Below are positions 1 to 6,904 of a stretch of 32,000 nt of DNA, piece by piece. Under the pieces are notes generated by a model. The model saw nothing but the letters and a program-made list of their open reading frames with translations. It was not told the origin of the DNA and made no database searches. This stretch comes from Erysipelothrix inopinata. Lineage in GTDB: Bacteria > Bacillota_I > Bacilli_A > Erysipelotrichales > Erysipelotrichaceae. The stretch lies in NCBI RefSeq assembly GCF_014396165.1, contig NZ_CP060715.1, positions 1,770,001-1,802,000 on the forward strand. Direction: 5' to 3'. Position numbers and translations under genes: made by a program. Positions within the stretch are counted from its first letter, which is position 1. Every line of letters begins with the position of its first letter.

Positions 1-531
1 TCGGTAATCTCGTTCAACAAGATCATCATAAATTTCATCAAAATCAACTTTCATTCCAGAATTAATCATTTCGTCATAACGACGTTTCGCACGAACTGAT
101 ACATCAGCTGTTTGATATACTTTTACTTCAGCATCTGGAAGTACTACAGACGTGATATCACGACCGTCTAATACATATCCCTTTTTCGACGCAATCTTGC
201 GTTGCATATCTACTAATTTCTGGCGTACACCTGCAAACTTTGATACCTTGGAAGCAGCATATGAAACCTTATCATTTCTGATTAGACTTGATACGTCTTC
301 TCCATTAACAAAGACTGAACCATCAGTCTTTAAGTTTAAATCAATATTATTTGCAGCTAACACGCACTCTTTTTCATCATCCAAATCAACACCATTGGTT
401 AAACAGTAATAACCTACTGCACGATACATCGCACCGGTATCAATATGTGTAAATCCTAATTCTTTTGCTAATCGCTTAGCAATGGTACTTTTACCAGAGG
501 CACTCGGGCCATCTATTGCTATATTAAACAC
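1..531 (-). CDS. cmk: cytidylate kinase (partial; 3' end runs off the left edge)
   Basis: The frame is open down to position 1. The translation (M)FNIAIDGPSASGKSTIAKRLAKELGFTHIDTGAMYRAVGYY... carries the Cmk P-loop and the IDTGAMYR motif. The likely start is GTG at 531 (alternative GTG at 540), just downstream of a GAGGTGA Shine-Dalgarno. It is absent from the ORF track because there is no stop in the window. Confidence 0.85.
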   Translation of the reverse strand, partial: MFNIAIDGPSASGKSTIAKRLAKELGFTHIDTGAMYRAVGYYCLTNGVDLDDEKECVLAANNIDLNLKTDGSVFVNGEDVSSLIRNDKVSYAASKVSKFAGVRQKLVDMQRKIASKKGYVLDGRDITSVVLPDAEVKVYQTADVSVRAKRRYDEMINSGMKVDFDEIYDDLVERDYR

Positions 532-549
532 ACCAATCACCTCATTTAA

Positions 550-1446
550 TTAAAAACTTTTCCAAATAAGCACTACAACTACCGCAATCGCAATAAACAA
601 TAACGATAACACTACATTCATTAAACGGTTCGTACGAACCATTGTTTCGTTCATTTCATCAAGACTACGTTCTTGATCAATGATTTTGTGTTGTAATGTT
701 TGTGTTTGACTTAATAATTCTTTTCTAAATCGTTCATCATCGAATACCATGATATCTTCATCTTCAAGATCACCCTCAAGTGAAGATTCTGATAGAATAT
801 TAACACTTGATTCTACTACTGGTTCTTCTGCTTTAGAAATAATAATTTCTTCTACAAAATCATCTTCATCAGATTCTGAAATTTCATTATCTACATCACG
901 AATTGCCATAGCAATTGTTTCTTCTAATGTAGACTCTGGTTGTGTTGATTCAACTAAAGCATCACTTCTATAAATTTGAGTTGCTTCAATTGATTCCTCT
1001 ACATCTTCAATTTCTATTTCATCTTTAAGCTCAGGATCAACCTGTTGTAGCACTGACTTGATTTCTTCATCATTAAAAGGACGAACCATTTCAGGAGAAA
1101 TGTTAAGTTCTTCAATAATGTTAGATTGAGTATCATCAACTTTACGATAACCTTTTTTAACGTTATACTCTTTCACTTCGTCAAGGAAGTCTTTAAGATA
1201 CGCACTTTCAAAGGTATCAAAGTTTTGAACTGCTTTTTCTTCAGTACGCTCAAACTCTTCTTTGTTATCACGAGCATGCGAAAAATCGTAAGAACGATTA
1301 TCATTGGTTTTTATCGTATCAAACTGTGAATCAATTTGATTGAGTCGGTCTGCAAAATGAGATAAATCTGAATTAACAACATCACTCTCTAAATCAGTAG
1401 CAAGTTGATCATGTAAAACTTGATTTTTTTGTACACGAGATTTCAT
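550..1446 (-). CDS. hypothetical highly acidic protein with a single C-terminal transmembrane anchor
   Basis: 298-aa ORF with AAGGAG upstream. It is very D/E-rich (e.g. DVDNEISESDEDDFVEE, GDLEDEDIMVFDDE). Its only hydrophobic segment, LMNVVLSLLFIAIAVVVVLIW, lies at the extreme C-terminus. I recognise no catalytic motif. Confidence 0.6.
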   Translation of the reverse strand: MKSRVQKNQVLHDQLATDLESDVVNSDLSHFADRLNQIDSQFDTIKTNDNRSYDFSHARDNKEEFERTEEKAVQNFDTFESAYLKDFLDEVKEYNVKKGYRKVDDTQSNIIEELNISPEMVRPFNDEEIKSVLQQVDPELKDEIEIEDVEESIEATQIYRSDALVESTQPESTLEETIAMAIRDVDNEISESDEDDFVEEIIISKAEEPVVESSVNILSESSLEGDLEDEDIMVFDDERFRKELLSQTQTLQHKIIDQERSLDEMNETMVRTNRLMNVVLSLLFIAIAVVVVLIWKSF

Positions 1447-1484
1447 AATTTTTTACCACTCCTTGAATCAATTATAGCATAGAA

Positions 1485-2012
1485 TTATAACTTGATTCTA
1501 TGTAAATATGGTTCAATAAGGTAGTATAAGGCGAATAAAATGCCTCCCTTAACAAGATTAAAGGGAAAATAGGTCGCAAACAAGATTTCCCAAGCACCAT
1601 TTTTACTTAAATGGAATAGAGGGAAAGTAATATAGTAGTTTAATACATTCATAACTACAGCAGCTAAAACTACTGATATCGCTGCGAAAACTATTTTGTT
1701 AAATCCGTGTTTTAGTTGTGGTTTATAAATTGCGAATGGAGCAAGGATACAAACAGCATATAAGAAGTTTGCAATCTCTCCTGCAATCATTGGGTTTTTT
1801 GATATAAAGATTATATGTAATAAATTTTTCAATAGTGCAACACATATCCCAGGAATCCATCCCATTGTAACTGTTGCTATTATTACAGGTAAATCACTTA
1901 AATCCATTTGTAATGGTGGCATAATCGGGAACTCAAACATAAAGAGCACCGCTGACATTGCACTTAAAAAAGCAATGTATACCATTTTACGAGTCTTATT
2001 ATTCTTCATCAT
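1485..2012 (-). CDS. ribU: ECF-transporter S component, riboflavin transporter RibU-like
   Basis: Polytopic membrane protein (MMKNNKTRKMVYIAFLSAMSAVLFMFEFPI...). It sits directly downstream of an FMN riboswitch. The start is ATG 2012 (or 2009), 4-7 nt after GGAGG. The longer track ORF (MATVKVW...) runs into the riboswitch and is rejected. Confidence 0.8.
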   Translation of the reverse strand: MMKNNKTRKMVYIAFLSAMSAVLFMFEFPIMPPLQMDLSDLPVIIATVTMGWIPGICVALLKNLLHIIFISKNPMIAGEIANFLYAVCILAPFAIYKPQLKHGFNKIVFAAISVVLAAVVMNVLNYYITFPLFHLSKNGAWEILFATYFPFNLVKGGILFALYYLIEPYLHRIKL

Positions 2013-2170
2013 TTTTCCTCCTTGTGAATCAATAATAATCCTCAAGGCACGAAAAAAAACTTCTTTCATCCAGACTTTAACTGTCGCCATCGTAATTACA
2101 ACGATTCAACCTTTGTGGTTCGCGGGGTTTACCGCCGATCGGGAATTTCACCCTGCCCTGAAGTACACCT
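2013..2170 (-). promoter_or_regulatory. FMN riboswitch (RFN element) with expression platform
   Basis: Minus-strand sequence: ACTTCAGGGCAGGGTGAAATTCCCGATCGGCGGTAAACCCCGCGAACC...GGTTGAATCG...ATGGCGACAGTTAAAGTCTGGATGAAAGAAGT. It matches the conserved RFN core blocks GGGCAGGGTGAAATTCCCGA.CGGCGGTA, CCCGCGA and GCGACAGT.AAAGTCTGGATG..AGAAG. P1 is ACTTC (2164-2160) paired with GAAGT (2063-2059). Downstream, UUUUUC-GUG-CCUUG...CAAGG-AG-GAAAAA can pair across the SD. Confidence 0.9.
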
Positions 2171-2211
2171 CAATTATAAAGAAAGAGCCCTGTAATGTCC
2201 ATGATTAAACC

Positions 2212-2241
2212 TTTATATGCTTAGAGAGTATTCTAATTCAA
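2212..2241 (-). promoter_or_regulatory. putative sigma-A promoter for the riboswitch-ribU unit
   Basis: On the minus strand, TTGAAT (2241-2236), an 18-nt spacer, then TATAAA (2217-2212). It lies about 45 nt upstream of the riboswitch P1. Confidence 0.45.
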
Positions 2242-2306
2242 TCATCTTGCACTTATATTTAAGACTTAAGGGAACTAGTTTGTGACAATTTATCTGAAAT
2301 ATCACA

Positions 2307-2331
2307 TAAAAAAAACCGCGGTAGCGGTTTA
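2307..2331 (-). terminator. rho-independent terminator after efp
   Basis: Minus strand: UAA-ACCGC-UACC-GCGGUU followed by a U run (AACCGC/GCGGUU stem). It overlaps the efp stop codon. Confidence 0.6.
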
Positions 2332-2889
2332 GTTAGCACGTCCTGAGTATTTACCATCCGTTGTATTGATAACAACAACTTCACCTTCAGAGATGAATAA
2401 TGGAACACGAATTTCATATCCTGTTTCAAGAACTGCATTTTTTTGAGCATTTGTAGCTGTATCACCTTTAACTGCTGGTTCAGCCTCTGTAACAACGAGT
2501 GATACTTTTTCTGGTAAGTTGAGTCCTAAAACTTCTGATTCGTAGAGCACTATTGTGACGTCTGCATTTTCTTTCATGAAGTTTAGTTCCCATTCTAATT
2601 TATCTTTAGCGATTTCAATTTGTTCATATGTTTCGCCATCCATGAAAACGAGAACATCGCCACCATCATATAGATATTGCATTGGTCGTTTTTCAATGTG
2701 AGCTTGTTCTAACTTGTCTCCACCAATAAGCGTTAACTCTGTAACAGAACCTGATCTCATATTTCTAACTTTAGCTTTAATAATCATTTGACGTTGAGCT
2801 GTTTTATTGTGTGATGTATCAATAACTTGATATAAATTTCCTTCATAAATTATTGACATACCTGATCGTAAATCATTTGATTGAATCAT
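2329..2889 (-). CDS. efp: translation elongation factor P
   Basis: MIQSNDLRSGMSIIYEGNLYQVIDTSHNKTAQRQMIIKAKVRNMRSG... is a typical EF-P sequence of about 186 aa. The start at 2889 lies 8 nt after GGAGG. The track ORF start at 2904 is an upstream extension. Confidence 0.95.
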   Translation of the reverse strand: MIQSNDLRSGMSIIYEGNLYQVIDTSHNKTAQRQMIIKAKVRNMRSGSVTELTLIGGDKLEQAHIEKRPMQYLYDGGDVLVFMDGETYEQIEIAKDKLEWELNFMKENADVTIVLYESEVLGLNLPEKVSLVVTEAEPAVKGDTATNAQKNAVLETGYEIRVPLFISEGEVVVINTTDGKYSGRAN

Positions 2890-2903
2890 ACGTTTGACCT
2901 CCA

Positions 2904-3236
2904 TTAGTTCAATTTATAACTTCCATCATCAATTATATCATAGACGTTATCAATTGAGATAGCCCCATCGACAAAAAGATATAATTTATCCGCGTCTTTA
3001 GAGGCTGTCACCCACGATTTATGGGTATATAAAAATAGAGGTTCTTCAGATTCTCGAAAGTGATTTAGAACTATTTCTTCAATTTCTAAAGAACTTCTAA
3101 TTGTATCGAGATAGAACTGACTTTCATGGTACATCATGCGGTTTGCAATAACATCTGCATGCCACAATATAAATGATAAGAAGAATACAAGCACACTTAT
3201 TAGAATAATTCCTTCGCGATTATTTTCCCATTTCAT
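2904..3236 (-). CDS. comGG: ComGG-like competence pseudopilus minor protein
   Basis: Last gene of the pilin block. MKWENNREGIILISVLVFFLSFILW... has an N-terminal hydrophobic helix without Glu+5, as in ComGG. Its ATG overlaps the upstream gene by 17 nt. The call rests on position and N-terminus only. Confidence 0.55.
   Translation of the reverse strand: MKWENNREGIILISVLVFFLSFILWHADVIANRMMYHESQFYLDTIRSSLEIEEIVLNHFRESEEPLFLYTHKSWVTASKDADKLYLFVDGAISIDNVYDIIDDGSYKLN
2932..2940 (-). promoter_or_regulatory. possible extended -10 promoter element for efp, inside the comGG-like ORF
   Basis: The minus strand reads TGaTATAAT, a perfect TGnTATAAT, 43 nt upstream of the efp ATG. There is no good -35. 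Confidence 0.3.
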
Positions 3237-3567
3237 AATGAATGTCACAACTTTCATCAAAATATATTGATTCAACATTTTCAAGTAGGATTTCATATCC
3301 AGGACTTTTTACAATCCGGTTGCGATCAAAATAAATTTCAAACTTTCTCTGTTCATTGCTAATTGTTAGCACCGATTCACTACATCCAACCAAATGAGAT
3401 CTTTGAACCAATTGCTGGAATTGAACATCAAAAATATCCTCTTGATTAACCATCTCAATCTTATGATTGACCATCACATTTAATATCCCAAGCTCGATAG
3501 TCAATATTATCGGAATAGATAGAAGGCAGAGTAGCACTTCGACAAGTGTAAACCCTATTTTTTTAAT
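3220..3567 (-). CDS. comGF: ComGF-like minor pseudopilin (probable ATT start)
   Basis: The frame reads (ATT)KKIG/FTLVEVLLCLLSIPIIL..., a canonical prepilin leader with Gly-1, Phe+1 and Glu+5. No ATG/GTG/TTG precedes the motif. The first conventional start (GTG 3537) would delete it. A GGGGG run lies 5-8 nt upstream of ATC/ATT. Confidence 0.55.
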   Translation of the reverse strand: MKKIGFTLVEVLLCLLSIPIILTIELGILNVMVNHKIEMVNQEDIFDVQFQQLVQRSHLVGCSESVLTISNEQRKFEIYFDRNRIVKSPGYEILLENVESIYFDESCDIHYEMGK

Positions 3568-3652
3568 GATACAAACCCCCTAGAGTAAATACGATAACAC
3601 CCAAAACTAACAGCGATAACATCACCTCAATGATTAAGCTACCTTTTTTCAC
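3563..3652 (-). CDS. 29-codon prepilin-like mini-ORF (ComGE position)
   Basis: A GTG start gives (M)KKG/SLIIEVMLSLLVLGVIVFTLGGLYH*. It has a prepilin leader, Glu+5 and a hydrophobic helix, but no globular part. Its TAA overlaps the next gene's ATT (ATTAA). Confidence 0.35.
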   Translation of the reverse strand: MKKGSLIIEVMLSLLVLGVIVFTLGGLYH

Positions 3653-3944
3653 AATTAAACCGTCCAAATCCGAGTTGAATCGTACAACTATAACCATTTG
3701 TAAGAATACTTTGGGCATGATTAACGTTGCCATTTTTATTAAACCAAAGTGATGTGGAATGGATTTGCGATTTACGTTCATACATCGCTTTTAGTTGTAA
3801 ATAGTGAAGTTTTGAAGTGGGATCAGTACTAACATATATATGAATCGATAATAAACAAAGCATCATAAGAACGCCAATCACAAAGAGGACTGTCATCATC
3901 TCTAATAATGTAAAACCTTTCTTACTCATGTACTGCTTGGCCAT
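3639..3944 (-). CDS. comGD: ComGD-like minor pseudopilin
   Basis: MAKQYMSKKG/FTLLEMMTVLFVIGVLMM... carries the prepilin cleavage motif with Glu+5. The alternative ATG at 3929 gives MSKKGFTLLE. Confidence 0.7.
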   Translation of the reverse strand: MAKQYMSKKGFTLLEMMTVLFVIGVLMMLCLLSIHIYVSTDPTSKLHYLQLKAMYERKSQIHSTSLWFNKNGNVNHAQSILTNGYSCTIQLGFGRFNCEKR

Positions 3945-4218
3945 TCAGAACATTAATCTTCGAACCATCCCCACAATAACACTGTCTATCAGATAAAAAA
4001 CCACCTTCTACAAGCTGGGACATGCTGATTGGAATCGAGTCATTTTGCAATCGCCATTGCAAGATTGCAGCATCCACAACTTTCAATTGAGCATCACACC
4101 CTTTATCATTCACAACATGAATGGTTTTTTGAATATTTGGAATTGTTAATAGAAATAGAATAACAATTACCGATACCACAAGAACCATTTCCATTAGAGT
4201 AAAACCACGCTTCATCAT
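3922..4218 (-). CDS. comGC: ComGC major competence pseudopilin
   Basis: MMKRG/FTLMEMVLVVSVIVILFLL..., 98 aa, with two Cys (GCDAQL...CYCGD). GGAGGGG lies upstream and the ATG overlaps the comGB TGA stop (ATGATG). The longer track ORF is rejected. Confidence 0.8.
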   Translation of the reverse strand: MMKRGFTLMEMVLVVSVIVILFLLTIPNIQKTIHVVNDKGCDAQLKVVDAAILQWRLQNDSIPISMSQLVEGGFLSDRQCYCGDGSKINVLNGQAVHE

Positions 4219-5081
4219 AACCCCTCCATTATTTTCAGCGGAACCAATAAACTTAGATAAAACAGAACAACGGATACAAATATTGATAAATAGCTCAGAA
4301 ATTTTATCCATCTTATTATTACCTTCTCACTTTGCTGAATATCTTCTTCCATTACTGCAAGATGATTTTGAAATGAGCAATTTTCATAATCAATCTGGAT
4401 TAGATTTAGAGTATTTTGCGCCTCTTTATTTAAGTAAGAATTTTGAATACTTCTTTCCAGAGATTTCCCATTGATTAAATCATTACGTATTGATGACGCT
4501 ACCCAAAATTGAGAAGTTTTACGCGTCATTTCCATAATTTCTTTTAATACATCTTGGATTGACAAAGAATAGGCAAGATAAATTGTAACTATTTTAATGA
4601 ATTGGTAAGATATCAATTCATTAAAATATTTTCCGATTCCTTTATGTTGATACTTGAGCAAGAAACTTATCCTCAAGTCCACTTTAGAATAAATATAGAA
4701 ACCTACGAAGACAGCAAAAATAACAATCAAACATATCCCAATTACACCACCAGAGATTAATCTATACGTATAAATTATAGTGGGGTTAACACCAAAATCG
4801 TTTAAGAAACCTATTAGTACTTTAGAAAAATACAAGCAATAAAACAATGAAAACAAAATAGCCACAAACCAGAGAAAAAGCGGGTACGCGAGTTTCAGAC
4901 CAATATTTCGAATTCTTGTTTTCTTATCTCTATGTAACACTAAGTAAAGCTCAATGTTGCTGGGAGCAGATATCGTAGAAGAACAATAAAAATCAAATAT
5001 ATCTTTCATAAACGATTCAAGACTCTGGTTATTAATTGAATATTTAAACATGATATCATGCCACGATATTTCATGCTCCAA
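4215..5081 (-). CDS. comGB: ComGB / GspF-family pseudopilus platform membrane protein
   Basis: 288-aa polytopic membrane protein between the ATPase and the pilins. Its C-terminal half looks GspF-like (...NDLINGKSLERSIQ...LLVPLKIM). The start is uncertain: TTG at 5081 has no SD. It is shorter than typical ComGB. Confidence 0.65.
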   Translation of the reverse strand: MEHEISWHDIMFKYSINNQSLESFMKDIFDFYCSSTISAPSNIELYLVLHRDKKTRIRNIGLKLAYPLFLWFVAILFSLFYCLYFSKVLIGFLNDFGVNPTIIYTYRLISGGVIGICLIVIFAVFVGFYIYSKVDLRISFLLKYQHKGIGKYFNELISYQFIKIVTIYLAYSLSIQDVLKEIMEMTRKTSQFWVASSIRNDLINGKSLERSIQNSYLNKEAQNTLNLIQIDYENCSFQNHLAVMEEDIQQSEKVIIRWIKFLSYLSIFVSVVLFYLSLLVPLKIMEGL

Positions 5082-5115
5082 ATCAAATTTTATTCGTTCA
5101 AGTTTATTATTTACT

Positions 5116-5994
5116 TCATTTCTTTTGAAGTAGTTTTTTAATTTCTCTTTGATTTTTAATTTTGTATTTAATGTGTACGTCGTTACCCTCTCTTTTCATT
5201 TCTTGAAATATGATTCCTTGAAGCAACATTTCTAAATCATCAATACTTGTATCTAACTCAGTGAGACGCCGTATCACTTGATCGAGTTCTCCACTATGGA
5301 TTGTTGATGCGACTAAGTGCCCCGACAGACCACATCGTATGCATTGCCGGATGTCTTCTTCGGTTCTGATTTCTCCAAGAACAATAATATCTGGATCATG
5401 TCTTAGTAGTTGCGTAATCCCTTCCGAATACGTTAACAAATCATTAACTTCAACTTGAACCCAAGAATCATTAATACGCTCAATTGGATTCTCTAATGTA
5501 TATATTTGTTTACTTTCAAGACTGGAAACAACATTAAATAACGTTGTAGACTTACCACTACCGGTTGAGCCACAAAACAATATGATGCCACTATTCGATT
5601 CAAAAAGCTTGGTTATCTTGACTCTATCCTCGGCGCTATTTATGGAACTTTGTATAGAATCAATTCGATTCATATTCAAAACTCGTATCACCCCCGTTTG
5701 GATGTTGTTGGTTTCTATACATGCAAAACGAAACTGATAGTCAAAGGAATTAATACAGTAGGAAAATACAACTGTTTGAGGGCGGAAACGATCAGTTAAA
5801 CTGACTTTTGAGTAAAACTTAATATATTGGAATAATGCATCAATATCTTTTGATTTAAAGTCGGTAATTAACAATTTATGTCTTCTCAAAACAATCTTTT
5901 GAGATTTCGAGTCCATTGTGATATGAATATCAGTACAGCATTTACTAATAGCTAAATTCAAAAGATTGTTAAATTCTAAATGTAATTGTTCCAT
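5116..5994 (-). CDS. comGA: ComGA / GspE-family secretion ATPase
   Basis: Walker A GSTGSGKSTT, Walker B/Asp box LRHDPDIIVLGEIR and His box SGHLVASTIH. At 292 aa it is shorter than the B. subtilis protein. There is no SD before the ATG. Confidence 0.85.
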   Translation of the reverse strand: MEQLHLEFNNLLNLAISKCCTDIHITMDSKSQKIVLRRHKLLITDFKSKDIDALFQYIKFYSKVSLTDRFRPQTVVFSYCINSFDYQFRFACIETNNIQTGVIRVLNMNRIDSIQSSINSAEDRVKITKLFESNSGIILFCGSTGSGKSTTLFNVVSSLESKQIYTLENPIERINDSWVQVEVNDLLTYSEGITQLLRHDPDIIVLGEIRTEEDIRQCIRCGLSGHLVASTIHSGELDQVIRRLTELDTSIDDLEMLLQGIIFQEMKREGNDVHIKYKIKNQREIKKLLQKK

Positions 5995-6027
5995 GTTAAC
6001 AACTATGAATGATTCTTCATGAAACCT

Positions 6028-6050
6028 AAAAAAAAATCACCGAAGTGATT
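6028..6050 (-). terminator. rho-independent terminator after the MBL hydrolase gene
   Basis: Minus strand: AAUCAC-UUCG-GUGAUU followed by 9 U. Confidence 0.7.
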
Positions 6051-6683
6051 TCATTTTAGTGCTTGCTTAACATAATAATTACGTTTTATTTCTTCATCCA
6101 AGGTTGTTGTATTACCATGGCCTGGATATAATATGATCATGTCATCTTTATAAGTATCAACAAATTCGCGAATTGCTTCATTCAAAGCATTCATACTTCC
6201 TGTAGGCAAGTCTGTCCTACCCACAGATTCTTCAAAGATGAAATCACCATCAAATACATGATTATCCAAAACATAACTAATTGACCCACTTGTATGACCT
6301 GGTGTCTTGATAACATCAAAATCAAAAGATCCAATATTCAATGGTTCTAAATGGATTGGTGTTACCTCTGCTTCGATAATATACTCTTCCGGAATTTGAT
6401 TGGATAGGTTAACTCGAGGATTTTTAAGGTAATGTATTTCTTCATGGTACATATAAACAGGACAATTGAATTTATCAACTACTGCATCGATACCAGAAAT
6501 ATGATCAAAATGACCATGTGTAATTAATACTGCTATAACCTCTTTGCCCTTTAATGGTTGTAGCAATCGTGTCGCATCACGATTAGGATCTAAACACGGA
6601 TCAACAACGATAACTTCATTGTCTTTCTCAATGTAGTATGTGTTGGTAGCTGCAAACCCTAACGTACGATATGTTATTTTCAT
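6051..6683 (-). CDS. MBL-fold metallo-hydrolase (YqgX/hydroxyacylglutathione hydrolase-like)
   Basis: Contains THGHFDHISG (the HxHxDH motif), TPGHTSGS and GDFIF...GRTD. The start is taken at MKITYRTLGF (6683). The track's GTG-started extension would overlap rpmG and its terminator. Confidence 0.85.
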   Translation of the reverse strand: MKITYRTLGFAATNTYYIEKDNEVIVVDPCLDPNRDATRLLQPLKGKEVIAVLITHGHFDHISGIDAVVDKFNCPVYMYHEEIHYLKNPRVNLSNQIPEEYIIEAEVTPIHLEPLNIGSFDFDVIKTPGHTSGSISYVLDNHVFDGDFIFEESVGRTDLPTGSMNALNEAIREFVDTYKDDMIILYPGHGNTTTLDEEIKRNYYVKQALK

Positions 6684-6690
6684 ATCAATA

Positions 6691-6713
6691 GAAAAAAAGC
6701 CTATACTAGGCTT
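6691..6713 (-). terminator. rho-independent terminator after rpmG
   Basis: Minus strand: AAGCCUA-GUA-UAGGCUU followed by UUUUUUU. It overlaps the rpmG stop. Confidence 0.7.
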
Positions 6714-6861
6714 ATTTTTTCTCTTTGTGTAGTGTATGTTTTTTGTCACGTGGGCAGTATTTTGTGACTTCCATACGTTCTAATTGAACTTTTTTATTAC
6801 GTGATGTGTAGTAGTTTTCTTCACCACATTCAGCACATTTTAAAATAACTTGAGTTCTCAT
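6712..6861 (-). CDS. rpmG: 50S ribosomal protein L33
   Basis: Not in the ORF track because it is only 49 aa. Translation: [60 protein letters not shown] lies before the ATG. Confidence 0.9.
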   Translation of the reverse strand: MRTQVILKCAECGEENYYTSRNKKVQLERMEVTKYCPRDKKHTLHKEKK

Positions 6862-6891
6862 GGTTTACCTCCGTACTTAATAAGCTATGTC

Positions 6892-6900
6892 ATTATAGCA
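6892..6900 (-). promoter_or_regulatory. extended -10 promoter element upstream of rpmG
   Basis: The minus strand reads TGcTATAAT, about 30 nt upstream of the rpmG ATG. The -35 is weak (TATGAA) and falls in the PBP 3' end. Confidence 0.4.
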
Positions 6901-6904
6901 TAAA

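Noticed and set aside
5995-6050. I looked for a ComK box, a cin-box or a sigma-A promoter upstream of comGA. The region contains a TGAA-N6-TTCA imperfect palindrome and a CATAGT -10-like hexamer 8 nt before the ATG.
   Set aside because: The matches are too weak to call. There is no partner -35, and the palindrome is short and imperfect. It is mentioned only as an open question.
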